Assembly (NCBI GenBank): GCA_005880605.1
Contig: VBIS01000081.1
Location: 1-50,695 of the forward strand
DNA from: Chloroflexota bacterium
Lineage (GTDB): Bacteria > Chloroflexota > Dormibacteria > CF-121
DNA: 50,695 bases
Direction of reading: 5' to 3'
Position numbers and translations under genes: made by a program. Shown piece by piece: positions 18,338-29,807 of this stretch (positions are counted from its first letter, which is position 1; every line of letters starts with the position of its first letter). The notes below the pieces were generated by a model that did no database searches, was not told the origin of the DNA, and saw nothing but the letters and a program-made list of their open reading frames with translations.

Positions 18338-18964
18338 CTAGGCGGTCGCAGGCACGGCCGTCACGACCACCCGCTTGCTGTCCACCCAGGTGGGCCAGCA
18401 GGTGAATACCGTCAACCGGACATCGTTGGTGGGCCGCAGGATCTCGACCGCGGTCGGGGCGACGATGGTTCGCGTCGTCACGTGATACACGACCGCCTCG
18501 CCGCCGGAGGTGGTGACGTCCAACTCATCGCCGACCGCCAGTTCCTGGAGCCGCGCGAAGATGCTGCCCTCGATGTCGTCGTGTCCGTAGAGCACCGCGT
18601 TGCCGCTGCCGATGGGGGAGGAGTTGGCGTAGTGAGTGATCGCGTAACCCTTGGCGATCAGCATGTTGCCGCCGCCGTCGACGCCCCGGTCGAAAACCTG
18701 GGCGTTCTTGATGCCCAGCTTGGGAATCGAGAGGTAGGCCACCACCTGGCTCGGGCCGGCGCCGGTGCTGCCGGTCCCGGGCAGAAATTTCGCATGCTGA
18801 TGGGGAGGCGAGAGCGGGTCGCCCAGCCCCGGGATCGGCTGAATAGCGACCGCCTGCGGGCCGGCCCGGAGCAGGCCGAGGGCGGGCACGGACGTCGCCA
18901 TCAGGGCCAGCCCACCCGCAATCAGCAATCCCGCTATCAAGTTTCGACGCATCGCTCCCATCAT
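18338..18964 (-). CDS. sortase (class E/F-like transpeptidase)
   Basis: N-terminal TM anchor (NLIAGLLIAGGLALMA), a His region (AVLYGHDD) and the catalytic TLxTC-type motif LTVFTCWP. The start is uncertain (ATG 18964, 18961 or 18952; the track gives 19087). Confidence 0.7.
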   Translation of the reverse strand: MMGAMRRNLIAGLLIAGGLALMATSVPALGLLRAGPQAVAIQPIPGLGDPLSPPHQHAKFLPGTGSTGAGPSQVVAYLSIPKLGIKNAQVFDRGVDGGGNMLIAKGYAITHYANSSPIGSGNAVLYGHDDIEGSIFARLQELAVGDELDVTTSGGEAVVYHVTTRTIVAPTAVEILRPTNDVRLTVFTCWPTWVDSKRVVVTAVPATA

Positions 18965-19150
18965 AGTCAGGCGCCAGCGAAATCCTGTCAAGACGGGGCG
19001 TCGCCCCACGCGAGTGGCCGGGGCCGCCGTCCCACGCGAGCCGCGCTTCAGTGCGATGCGAGCGTTTGAGGCGTTCGAACGTGCCACACGAGCGTTTGAG
19101 ACGTTGAGGGCGCCGGCTGCGAAGCCGACGCCCCGGTCGAACGGTCTGGT

Positions 19151-19498
19151 TTAGGCCGCCTTGCGGGCGGCCGTGCGGATGTAGGCCTCGCGGACGGCCT
19201 TCGGGAACGACCAGCGCGGCTTCTTCGACGCGGGCCGCGCCTTCAACATGATCGACTCGCCGGTGAAGGGATTGGTGCCTTTCCCTGCCTTGCGGGCCTT
19301 GACGTCACGCGCTGCCAGGGCGCCGATCTCGGGGAAACGCACGCGCATGCCGCGCGCGCCGGCCGTAATGGCCGCCTGAAAGGCGTCCTTGACGGCCCAG
19401 TTGAGGTCCGACTTCTTGACCTTGTGGCCCTTCTCGGTGAGGTTCTCGTGCACCAGGCTGACGAACGTCGACGCGGTCCATTTTTGCGTTTTCGGCAT
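19151..19498 (-). CDS. hup: HU/IHF-family nucleoid-associated DNA-binding protein
   Basis: 115 aa from ATG 19498, with GGAGGA upstream. The arm motif GTNPFTGESIMLKARP..KPRWSFPKAVRE resembles the HU GRNP.TGE...fk signature. Confidence 0.75.
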   Translation of the reverse strand: MPKTQKWTASTFVSLVHENLTEKGHKVKKSDLNWAVKDAFQAAITAGARGMRVRFPEIGALAARDVKARKAGKGTNPFTGESIMLKARPASKKPRWSFPKAVREAYIRTAARKAA

Positions 19499-19610
19499 CG
19501 TGTCCTCCGTGTTGTAATCCGGTGGGCCAGGGGCCCTGTCGTGGGATGCAAACGGGGGCGAAGCCGAAAACGTGCGTATTTCCGCCGAAATTGCCAGAAA
19601 ATGAGCCGGC

Positions 19611-20066
19611 ATGCCCGAGCTCCGCTTTGAAGGCCGCCTCGAGTCCGATCAGGGCGCCTGCTTCGTCCGCATCCCGCCCGAGGTGCTGACGACGCTCGGC
19701 CAGCGCAAGCGCGCGCCGGTCAAGGTAACGATCAAGGCCTACACCTACCGCACCACGATTGCGGTCTACGGGGGCAAGTCCTACATCGGAGTGCGGCGCG
19801 AGGTCCGGGAGGCGGCCGGGGTAACGGCGGGTGAGGTGCTGACGGTTGGCCTGGAATACGACTCCGAGCTGCGGGCGGTGGACCTGCCCGAGGCGCTACG
19901 CGCAGCGCTCGAAGCCGATGCCAAGGCCGCGGCGGCGTTCGACAAGCTCTCCTATACGCGAAAGAAAGAGTTCGTCGACTGGGTGACAGGGGCAAAGCAG
20001 GCGGACACCCAGCGGCGCCGGTTGGCGCAGGCGGTCAGCATGCTCCGTGGTTCGGGCCGGCGCTAA
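19611..20066 (+). CDS. DUF1905 + YdeI/OmpD-associated family protein
   Basis: 151 aa. N-terminal DUF1905-like beta domain (VRIPPEVLTTLG..RAPVKVTI), with C-terminal LSYTRKKEFVDWVTGAKQADTQRRRL typical of YdeI. Confidence 0.7.
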   Translation: MPELRFEGRLESDQGACFVRIPPEVLTTLGQRKRAPVKVTIKAYTYRTTIAVYGGKSYIGVRREVREAAGVTAGEVLTVGLEYDSELRAVDLPEALRAALEADAKAAAAFDKLSYTRKKEFVDWVTGAKQADTQRRRLAQAVSMLRGSGRR

Positions 20067-20070
20067 CGCC

Positions 20071-20253
20071 TCAGGCGGCTTTGCGCTGGCGCAGTGAGAA
20101 GGCGATCCGATTGTCGAGCTGCCACTCTTCCTCGAGCGCCAGGATGCTCAGGAGCAGCTCTTCGTGGATATCCTCGAGCTCGCGCCGCCGCTCAACCGCA
20201 TCCGCGTCCAGCGGCTTTGGCACGAGCGCCTCGAATTGCTCGGAGGCATCCAT
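20071..20253 (-). CDS. hypothetical small acidic protein
   Basis: 60-aa ORF with GC-rich third positions. No recognisable family. Confidence 0.3.
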   Translation of the reverse strand: MDASEQFEALVPKPLDADAVERRRELEDIHEELLLSILALEEEWQLDNRIAFSLRQRKAA

Positions 20254-20370
20254 TGCTGAGTCACGTCCTTCTTGCCTCCGTTCTAGCGCGACAGTATTAA
20301 GACCGCATTAGCAATCCACTTTTCTTGCGGGGTGGGCGCAGCACTGTGCCGCGCCCGTCACCGTTTCGTC

Positions 20371-21984
20371 TTACTCGGAAGGGTGCGCGGCCGCGGGCGC
20401 TTTGAGCGCCTGTTCGCGGATCACCTTCTTATCGAATTTGCCTACGCTGGTCTTGGGGATCTCATCGACAAAGCGAACCTCGTCCGGCAGCCACCACTTG
20501 GCGACCAGGGGCGTGAGGAACTCGATGATCTCTGCCTGAGTGACCGCGCCTTTGAACTCCGGCTTGGCGACGACGTAGGCAACCGGCCGTTCCTGCCACT
20601 TCGGGTGTGGCACCCCGATCACAGCCGCCTCCAGGACTTTCGGATGGCCCATGATGGCTGACTCCAACTCCACGGAGGAGATCCATTCGCCGCCGGATTT
20701 AACCAGGTCCTTGGTCCGGTCGACGATCTGGATGTAGCCCTCCGCATCGACATTGGCGACGTCACCCGTGCGCAGCCAGCCGTCCGCCGTAAAGCGTTCG
20801 GCGTCGACGCCGCGGTAGTAGCTCGCGGTCACCCAGGGGCCGCGCACCTGAATCTCACCGACGCTCTTCCCATCCCACGGGACGGGCGCGCCGGTATCGA
20901 CGTTCGCCAGCCGCAGCTCGATGCCGGCGATGGGGAATCCCGCCTTGAGCCGTACCTGCTTGCGGTCACCCTCCGGGGTATAGCTCTTCATGCTGGCGAC
21001 GGCCGCAACGGGCGAGGTCTCGGTCATCCCCCATCCCTGGTTGGTATCGATGCCGTGCTTGGTGAGGCCGTCGTAGAGTCCGGCCGATAGCGCCGAGCCG
21101 CCGACGAACATCCGCAACCCATCCAGGTTGGTTGCGGTTTTGTCCAGGTGTTGCAGCAACGCGATCCAGACACTGGGAACGCCGGCCGTGAAGGTGACGC
21201 CTTCCTCTCGGAAGAGGTCGATCAAGCTCACCGGGTCCAAAAATCGGTCGGGAAACACGAGCTTGGCGCCGAGCATCGCCGCCCCGTACGCGAGACCCCA
21301 CGCATTGGCGTGGAACATGGGCACGACGGGGAGGATGCTGTCCGACTCCGCCAGGCCAATGCCCCCGCCGATGGCGATTCCAAAGGTGTGCAGGACCGAG
21401 GAGCGGTGACTGTAAATGATGCCCTTGGGTTTGCCGGTGGTGCCGGAGGTGTAGCACATCGCCGCCGCGTCCCGCTCGTCCAGGTCCGGCCACGGATAGG
21501 CGGTTTCCCGGTTGGCGATCAGCTCCTCGTAGGAGGCGAGCGGCGTGAGCTCGCCGTTCGGGGAGGGGCCGTCCGTCATGACAACGAAGTGCTTGACGCC
21601 CTTGAGGCTTTTTGCGATGCGTTGGAGTGCCGGGACCAGCGAGGCGTCGACGAAGATCACCTTGTCATCGGCATCGTTGATCACGAACTCGAGGTGTTCG
21701 GGGAACAGTCGGGGGTTCAACGTATGCAGCACCGCGCCGGCGCAGGGCGCCGCGAAGTACAGTTCCAGGTGCCGGTAATTGTTCCAGGCCAGGGTGCCGA
21801 CACGATCCCCTGGTCCGACGCCGAGCTCCTTCAGCGCGTGGGCCAGCTGCGCCACGCGCCGGCCGAAGTCGGCGTAGGTGTAGCGATGGCGGCCGGCCTC
21901 CCGCCGGGTCACGATCTCCTTGGCGGGGAAGAGGGTGGTCGAACGCCAGAGGAAATGCTGCAGCGTCAGGGGGAAGTCGGGCAT
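20371..21984 (-). CDS. long-chain/medium-chain fatty-acid--CoA ligase (AMP-binding superfamily)
   Basis: AMP-binding motifs [18 protein letters not shown], the TGD region (WLRTGDVA) and KSGGEWIS. Start placed at ATG 21984 (MPDFPL..) with GGAG 5 nt upstream; the track ORF runs to 22098. Confidence 0.9.
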   Translation of the reverse strand: MPDFPLTLQHFLWRSTTLFPAKEIVTRREAGRHRYTYADFGRRVAQLAHALKELGVGPGDRVGTLAWNNYRHLELYFAAPCAGAVLHTLNPRLFPEHLEFVINDADDKVIFVDASLVPALQRIAKSLKGVKHFVVMTDGPSPNGELTPLASYEELIANRETAYPWPDLDERDAAAMCYTSGTTGKPKGIIYSHRSSVLHTFGIAIGGGIGLAESDSILPVVPMFHANAWGLAYGAAMLGAKLVFPDRFLDPVSLIDLFREEGVTFTAGVPSVWIALLQHLDKTATNLDGLRMFVGGSALSAGLYDGLTKHGIDTNQGWGMTETSPVAAVASMKSYTPEGDRKQVRLKAGFPIAGIELRLANVDTGAPVPWDGKSVGEIQVRGPWVTASYYRGVDAERFTADGWLRTGDVANVDAEGYIQIVDRTKDLVKSGGEWISSVELESAIMGHPKVLEAAVIGVPHPKWQERPVAYVVAKPEFKGAVTQAEIIEFLTPLVAKWWLPDEVRFVDEIPKTSVGKFDKKVIREQALKAPAAAHPSE

Positions 21985-22157
21985 TGTGCTCCGCATTGGG
22001 ATCCGCGCCTCCTTCAGCCGGCTACCCGGCCGCCGTTTTTTGGCCGTCGCAATACCACCCATGATATGCTTGATCTCGGGCGCTGTCAGCCCGGTCATGG
22101 CACGCCCGGAAACGCAAGCGGATCGGGGATATTTTTGCGAAGGAGCTAGCGGCAGAC

Positions 22158-22361
22158 GTGGCGCAGAACGGAACGATCAAGCGACTGGTGATGGATCGCG
22201 GTTTTGGATTCTTGAGCGGCGAGGACGGCAAGGAGTATTTCTTCCACCGGTCGTCCGTCGAGGGCTCGTTCGAGGGGTTGCAAGAGGGGCAAAAGGTCAG
22301 CTTCGACGTCGAAGCATCCGCTCCCAAGGGGCCACGGGCCTCACGGGTGCGCGTCGCCTAA
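22158..22361 (+). CDS. csp: cold-shock domain protein (CspA family)
   Basis: 67 aa. RNP1-like DRGFGFL and RNP2-like YFFH. GTG start. Confidence 0.9.
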   Translation: MAQNGTIKRLVMDRGFGFLSGEDGKEYFFHRSSVEGSFEGLQEGQKVSFDVEASAPKGPRASRVRVA

Positions 22362-22384
22362 CACTCACTAACCCAGAATCCGAA

Positions 22385-22419
22385 AGGCCCGCGCTGTAAG
22401 CCCGGGCCTTTTTGTTTTC
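22385..22419 (+). terminator. rho-independent terminator after csp (may also serve convergent arsM)
   Basis: 7-bp stem aggcccg (22385-22391) / cgggcct (22403-22409) with an 11-nt loop, followed by ttttgttttc. Confidence 0.6.
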
Positions 22420-22422
22420 TTG

Positions 22423-23193
22423 TCAGGGCTTCGCGGCGCGAATGAAAGCGCTGGCGATTTTTCCTGAGCCCGGCGGCAACCCGGCCTCGCCGGGACCGTA
22501 GGTGTTCGTGATCTCGATCTCGACGGCGTCAAAGCCGGCCTCGACCACCGCGGCTCGGTACTCGTCGACCGGGATGGTACCGGCCACGCAGCCGGCCCAG
22601 GCGTCTATCGCCGACTTGACCTGCGCCGGCAGCGGCTCCACTTCGACCATGTCCGAGACGGCGAAGCGTCCGCCTGGCTTGAGAACGCGGAACGCCTCTT
22701 TCAGCACCGCCGTCTTGTCGGCGGCGAGGTTGATGACGCAGTTGGAGATAACGACGTCGACCGCCGCATCGGCGAGGGGAATGGCCTCGATGGTTCCCTT
22801 CAGGAAGGTCGCGTTCTCGACGCCCGCGCGAGCCTTGTTCTCATTCGCCAGCGACAGCATCTCGTCGGTCATATCGACGCCGTAGGCATGGCCGCCGGGC
22901 GAAACCCGTCGCGCCGACAGCAGCACATCGAGGCCGGGCCCGCTGCCGAGATCGAGCACGATCTCACCGGCATGCAACTGGGCAAGCGCCGTGGGGTTGC
23001 CGCAGCCGAGGCTGGCGCCGAGGGAGAGGCCCAGGTCGGCGACCTCGGCTTTCGAGTATTCCTCCTCGCCGATGGGGCCGCTGATGGCATCGGATCCTCC
23101 GCAACAACTCGAGTCGCAGCAGCTGCCCCCATCGCGAAGCTTGATCGCAGTTTCCGCGTACTTGGCTCGAACGGACTCCCGAATCGTGTCCAT
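22423..23193 (-). CDS. arsM: arsenite S-adenosylmethionine methyltransferase
   Basis: Cys-rich N-terminus (GGSCCDSSCCGG), the SAM motif VLDLGSGPGLD, and the ArsM-typical ISNCVINL. Start at ATG 23193 with GGGAGGG upstream. Confidence 0.85.
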   Translation of the reverse strand: MDTIRESVRAKYAETAIKLRDGGSCCDSSCCGGSDAISGPIGEEEYSKAEVADLGLSLGASLGCGNPTALAQLHAGEIVLDLGSGPGLDVLLSARRVSPGGHAYGVDMTDEMLSLANENKARAGVENATFLKGTIEAIPLADAAVDVVISNCVINLAADKTAVLKEAFRVLKPGGRFAVSDMVEVEPLPAQVKSAIDAWAGCVAGTIPVDEYRAAVVEAGFDAVEIEITNTYGPGEAGLPPGSGKIASAFIRAAKP

Positions 23194-23278
23194 GAAACCC
23201 TCCCCGGAAGAGATTGATATCTGTCGATGGGATGCTAGCAAACCCATAGACACTTGTCAATGGAACTGCTAGACTGCG

Positions 23279-23620
23279 ATGGTGAAAGCCGCCGTTCCAG
23301 AACGCATCAAAGGCGTGTGCTGCCCGCCATCGATCCCGCTGTCCCTCGCCAAGGTCGATGCGTCGGTCGATGTCTTGAAAGCGCTCGCCGACCCCACGCG
23401 GCTGCAGATGGTGGGGGCGCTCAAGCGCTCGTCGCAGCCGGTCTGCATCTGTGACTTCACCGCGGCCTTCGACCTGAGCCAGCCGACGATCTCGCACCAC
23501 ATGGGCAAGTTGCGCGACGCCGGCCTGGTCGAGGTCACCAAAGTGGGGATCTGGGCCTACTACCGGCTGTCCGGTCAGCTCGAGCCGAGAACGCGCGCGC
23601 TCCTCGACGTCCTGGTGTAA
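23279..23620 (+). CDS. arsR: ArsR/SmtB-family metalloregulator
   Basis: 113 aa. Has LADPTRLQMV, the metal site PVCICDF and the HTH LSQPTISHHMGKLRDAGLV. Divergent from arsM. Confidence 0.85.
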   Translation: MVKAAVPERIKGVCCPPSIPLSLAKVDASVDVLKALADPTRLQMVGALKRSSQPVCICDFTAAFDLSQPTISHHMGKLRDAGLVEVTKVGIWAYYRLSGQLEPRTRALLDVLV

Positions 23621-23625
23621 GGGCG

Positions 23626-24051
23626 ATGTCCAGGGTCCTCTTCGTCTGCAAGCAGAACGCAGGCCGGTCGCAGATGAGCGACGCGCTCTTCCAGCGCGCG
23701 GCGCAGGGCCGGCACGAGTCTCGCTCGGCGGGCACGCGTCCGGCCGAGCAAGTGCACCCTGTGGTCGCCGACGCGATGCGCGAGGTGGCCATCGATATCG
23801 CAGGCAATCGCCCGCAGAAACTGACCGACGATCTGGGCCAGTGGGCCGATCTCGTCGTCACGATGGGGTGTGGGGACGAGTGCCCGTATATCCCGGGAAA
23901 GCAATACATCGACTGGGACCTCACCGATCCCGCGGACAGGTCACTCGCTGACGTTCGGGCGATCCGCGACGACATCCAGGCCCGGGTCATCGACCTCGTG
24001 CGAGACCTTGACGCGCGTCCGGCGCCGAAGAAGGCGCTATCTGCTAACTAG
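23626..24051 (+). CDS. arsC: arsenate reductase, low-molecular-weight phosphatase (LMW-PTP) type
   Basis: 141 aa. P-loop VCKQNAGRSQM (CX5R-S) and the downstream GCGDEC. Confidence 0.85.
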   Translation: MSRVLFVCKQNAGRSQMSDALFQRAAQGRHESRSAGTRPAEQVHPVVADAMREVAIDIAGNRPQKLTDDLGQWADLVVTMGCGDECPYIPGKQYIDWDLTDPADRSLADVRAIRDDIQARVIDLVRDLDARPAPKKALSAN

Positions 24052-24579
24052 GGAAGCCAGATCTCGGACGCGGACTGGACGTCGGTGATCCACCAGCGTC
24101 CATCGATGTCGACCAGCGTGTAGTGGTAATAGCCGAGGAAGCGATGGGTGGTCCGCCGTCCCAGGCCCACGCCCTTTTCCGCATCCGGGACCAGCCGATA
24201 GATCCACTCTTCCTTGGTCGTCACGTTGACGTTCTGAGGGCTGGCCTCCAGGCCGTAGGCGGAGAGCTCGACTTTGCCGATTTGCAGGTAAGCCGTGTAG
24301 GAAACGTCGAGCACCTCGCAGGTGATGTCGAGCCGGGCGGCGGGGAAGGACTCGAAGTCGCCCGAGAGGTCATGCGCGACCTGGGAGAGCATCGGCTCCA
24401 GGTAGACCTCGCGCAGCACGTCGGCGTCGCGGTTGTTGTACGCCTGCTGATTGAGCTTGATCGACCGAAGGACTGTGTCCTTGATCGCCGAGACGTTGAA
24501 CGCGGTCTCGCGACGGTTGGGTAAAGCCTTGTGAAACCGGGCGCCGACGCGGCGGGGGGCGACACCGTAGTGCGAAGCA

Positions 24580-26681
<2,102 letters not shown>

Positions 26682-26685
<4 letters not shown>

Positions 26686-29117
26686 GCGAGCAGGGCACAC
26701 CGCGCCGGATTCTGATCGCGGACGACGATCCGCAACGGCTGCGAAGCAGCGTCGAGCGACTGCAGCAAGAAGGCTTCAGGGTGCTCTCGGCGCAGGACGG
26801 CCTGGAGGCGCTCGACCGCGCGCGCGAGGAGCTGCCGGACGCCATCATCCTCAACCTGCTGCTGCGCCGTATCGACGGCCTTCGGGTGTGCGAAATCTTG
26901 AAGAGCAACCCGGCGACAACGAATATTCCCGTCCTGCTCACGGCGGGGGTGCACGTCGACGCCGACGAAGGCCAGCGAGCCCTCGCCGCCGGCGCCGACC
27001 GCTTCCTCAGCGACCTCAGCCCACTGTCAACTGGATCCGGTCGCGAGCTGGGGGCGGGCCAGGACCTGGTGCAGGCGGTACGCACCATGCTCGGCGCCGA
27101 ACCGGAACTCGAAGAGCGTCCCATCCTACTCGCGATCGACGACGATCCCGACAACCGGGCCTTCCTGACCAAGGCCGTCGTCAAGCAAGGCTTCGAGGTG
27201 GTGACGGCGCCCAACGCCACCCAGGCCCGCCGCCAACTCGACTCACGCCGGCCGTCGCTGATCTTCCTCGACGTGCAAATGCCGGAGGAGAGCGGGCTGG
27301 CCCTCTTACCCCAGATGCTGCGCGACTACCCGGAATCGGTGGTCGTGATGATGACGGCCTACGGATCGGAACAGGTCGCGGCCGAGGCCCTGCGGGGGGG
27401 CGCCGACGATTACATCGCCAAACCCATCGACCTGCAGCGCCTGCGCGCGCTGCTGGAGCGCAACCTCGAGAAACAGCGGCTGCGCGCCGAGCGCCAGAGC
27501 CTGGTGGCGCGGCTCAAGGATTCGAACCGCTACCTGATGCGCCAGCATGCCGCGCTGCGGCGCGCGGACGAAGAGATCCTGCAGATCAACCGTCAGCTAG
27601 AGCAGTCGAACCGCTACAAGTCCGAGTTCCTCGCCAACATGTCGCACGAGCTGCGCACCCCGCTCAACGCGGTCCTCGGCTTCAGCGAAATCCTCCTCGA
27701 CGTCACCATGAACCTCACCAGCGGCGAGCGGACCGAGTTTCTTCGCAACATCCACAGCAGCGGCCAGCACCTGCTCGGACTGATCAACGACATCCTCGAC
27801 CTGGCCAAGATCGAGGCCGGGAAGATGGAACTGAAGCCCGAAGAGATGCCCGTGGCGGAAGCCCTCCAGGAAGTCACCTCGATCCTGGAGCCGATGGCCC
27901 GCCAGCAAGGGCTGCAGCTGATGACCCTCGGCCTCAACGACGTGGGCATCATCAAGGCGGACCGCAGCAAATTCAAGCAGGTCCTCTACAATCTGCTGTC
28001 GAACGCGGTCAAGTTCACCCCGCCGCCCGGCCAGATCACGGTCACCCTGAAGGGTTCACCCGACCAGCTGACGGTTGCGGTGCACGACACCGGGATCGGG
28101 ATGAAGGAAGAGGACCTGCCCAAGCTCTTTCGCGAGTTCGAGCAGATCGACGGCTCCTATACGCGCCGCTACCAGGGCACAGGCCTGGGACTCGCCCTCT
28201 GCCGGCGCTTCGTCGAAATGCATGGCGGCCGAATCTGGGCGGAGAGCCACTTTGGCAAAGGATCAACCTTTACCTTCACCATCCCGCGGGACCCACGGCT
28301 CGGGCCGGCCAACGAGCCCTCCGGGGAGGAGGTCGCGCAAACGACCGAATCGATGGAGCTGCCCCTGGTCCTGGTGGTCGAGGATGACCCGGCCAGCAGT
28401 CAGCGTTTGACCGCCGAGATCCAGGGGGTGGGCTTTCGCGTGGCGCACGCGTTCGACGGCAACGAGGCGGTGCGCAAGGCGATGGAGATCCTGCCCGACC
28501 TGGTCGTGATGGAGACGGTCCTGCCGGTGAAGGACGGCTGGCAGGTGCTCCAGGAGCTTCGGGGCCGCGCCGCCACGGCCGATGTCCCGGTCCTGGTGTG
28601 CTCGGTGACCAAGAACCAGCAGCTGATGACCGAGTTCGGCGTGGTCGGGTACGTCGCCAAGCCCTGGGCGACCAAGACGTTGCAGGATGAGCTCCGGCGC
28701 GTCGGGCAGGGGATCAAGCGGCGCCGTGACCGGGTCCGGGTTCTGTTGGTCCATCGCGAGCGGCGCGCGCTGGCGCCGCTGGCGGCGGCACTGGTCGAGG
28801 AAGGGTTCGAGGTTTTCCGGGCGCCCGGGCTGCAGGAGGCCCTCGAAAAAGCCCGGGCTGCCGCTCCCGACGTGGTCGTGCTCGCACCCCCCGAGCCGGA
28901 ATGGGTTCTCGGCCTGCGCGGGCTCCCCGGGCAACCCGCCTTGCTCGCCCTGGGAGAAGTTTCACCGAGGGTGCCAGCGACGGCGTGGAGCGGCGTTATA
29001 CCTACCGGCCTCGTAGAGCCCGATGCCGTATTGCACGCCATCAAGGGCCTGGACATCGTTCAGAGGCGAAGGAGGACAGGGCGTGACCGGCGGCAAGGTC
29101 TTGATCGTCGAAGATAA
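26682..29117 (+). CDS. hybrid histidine kinase B: pseudo-REC(Asn) + REC + coiled coil + HisKA + HATPase_c + pseudo-REC(Glu) + degenerate REC
   Basis: 811 aa. ATGA overlap with the preceding gene. H-box MSHELRTPLNAVLGFSE and G-boxes DTGIGM / GTGLGLALC. Four receiver-like folds, read from their beta1/beta3/beta5 motifs (details in findings). Confidence 0.85.
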
Positions 29118-29472
29118 CCCGGTCAATCTCAGATTGGCCCAGTTCCTCCTGGAAAAGAAGGGGTTTACCGTGCGCAAAGCGGGCAGCGGCGCGGAGTGCC
29201 TGGCGGAGATGGGCCGGGAACTTCCGGATATCGTCCTGATGGACATCCAGCTGCCCAGCGAAGACGGCCTGGCCGTCACCCGGAAGATCCGTTCGGACCC
29301 GCGGCTGGCCGGGGTGATCGTGGTCGCGCTCACGGCGCATGCCATGGCCGGTGACCGGGAACGGATCCTGGCTGCCGGCTGCGACGGGTACATCCCCAAG
29401 CCGGTTGATCCCGCCGGGCTGCCGGGCGAGGTGGCGCATTACCTGGAGCAAGGGCGGTTGAAATCAGCCTGA
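29083..29472 (+). CDS. stand-alone receiver (CheY-like single-domain response regulator) C
   Basis: 129 aa from GTG 29083, with AGGAGGA 7 nt upstream. Canonical KVLIVEDN, IVLMDIQLP, VVALTAHA and GYIPKP. The track ORF starts at 29023. Overlaps gene B by 35 nt. Confidence 0.85.
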   Translation: MTGGKVLIVEDNPVNLRLAQFLLEKKGFTVRKAGSGAECLAEMGRELPDIVLMDIQLPSEDGLAVTRKIRSDPRLAGVIVVALTAHAMAGDRERILAAGCDGYIPKPVDPAGLPGEVAHYLEQGRLKSA

Positions 29473-29807
29473 TGCCTGAGCAAACACCGAAATCCACCCG
29501 CTCCTACCCGGAGATCCTCCAGCTGAACCAGGAGCTGGTGCGCAGCCTCCAGGGGTTGAGTGACGAGGACGAGGCCCGCAAGAAGGAGATCGAGCAGCTG
29601 AAGTTCGCCGTCGACCAGGCGAAGGCCGAGATCGCGCGGCTGCAGGAAGAACTTCGCCGCTCCAAGGAACGGGAGGCGGAGCGCCAGGAGGAACTTCGCC
29701 AGCTCGAGCAGGAACGCGTCGATCAGCTCGGGGCCCTGGACGCCCACCTCAACGCCATGCATTCGGCCGTCGAGCGCTACCTCCAGCAGGGTCGGAAGGC
29801 GGCCTGA
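29472..29807 (+). CDS. 111-aa coiled-coil protein D, paralog of the N-terminus of the next gene
   Basis: TGATG overlaps at both ends. Heptad-rich Glu/Gln/Arg/Leu sequence. The N-terminal RSYPEILQLNQELVRSLQGL parallels RSFADILQQNQEFIAHLQVL of gene E. Confidence 0.6.
   Translation: MPEQTPKSTRSYPEILQLNQELVRSLQGLSDEDEARKKEIEQLKFAVDQAKAEIARLQEELRRSKEREAERQEELRQLEQERVDQLGALDAHLNAMHSAVERYLQQGRKAA

Noticed and set aside
18960-18992. A near-consensus TTGACA ... TATGAT hexamer pair upstream of the sortase gene. Also TTGACA (6805-6800) ... TAAATT (6780-6775) upstream of the KGG stress gene.
   Set aside because: The spacers are 21 nt and 19 nt respectively, outside the 16-18 nt window of sigma-70-type promoters. 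The TATGAT also overlaps candidate start codons. They are not reported as promoters.
20333-20365. A hairpin (gggcgc...gcgccc) downstream of the acyl-CoA ligase stop, as a possible terminator.
   Set aside because: The stem is short, no U-tract follows on the relevant (minus) strand, and it partly overlaps the stop region. The evidence is too weak to annotate.
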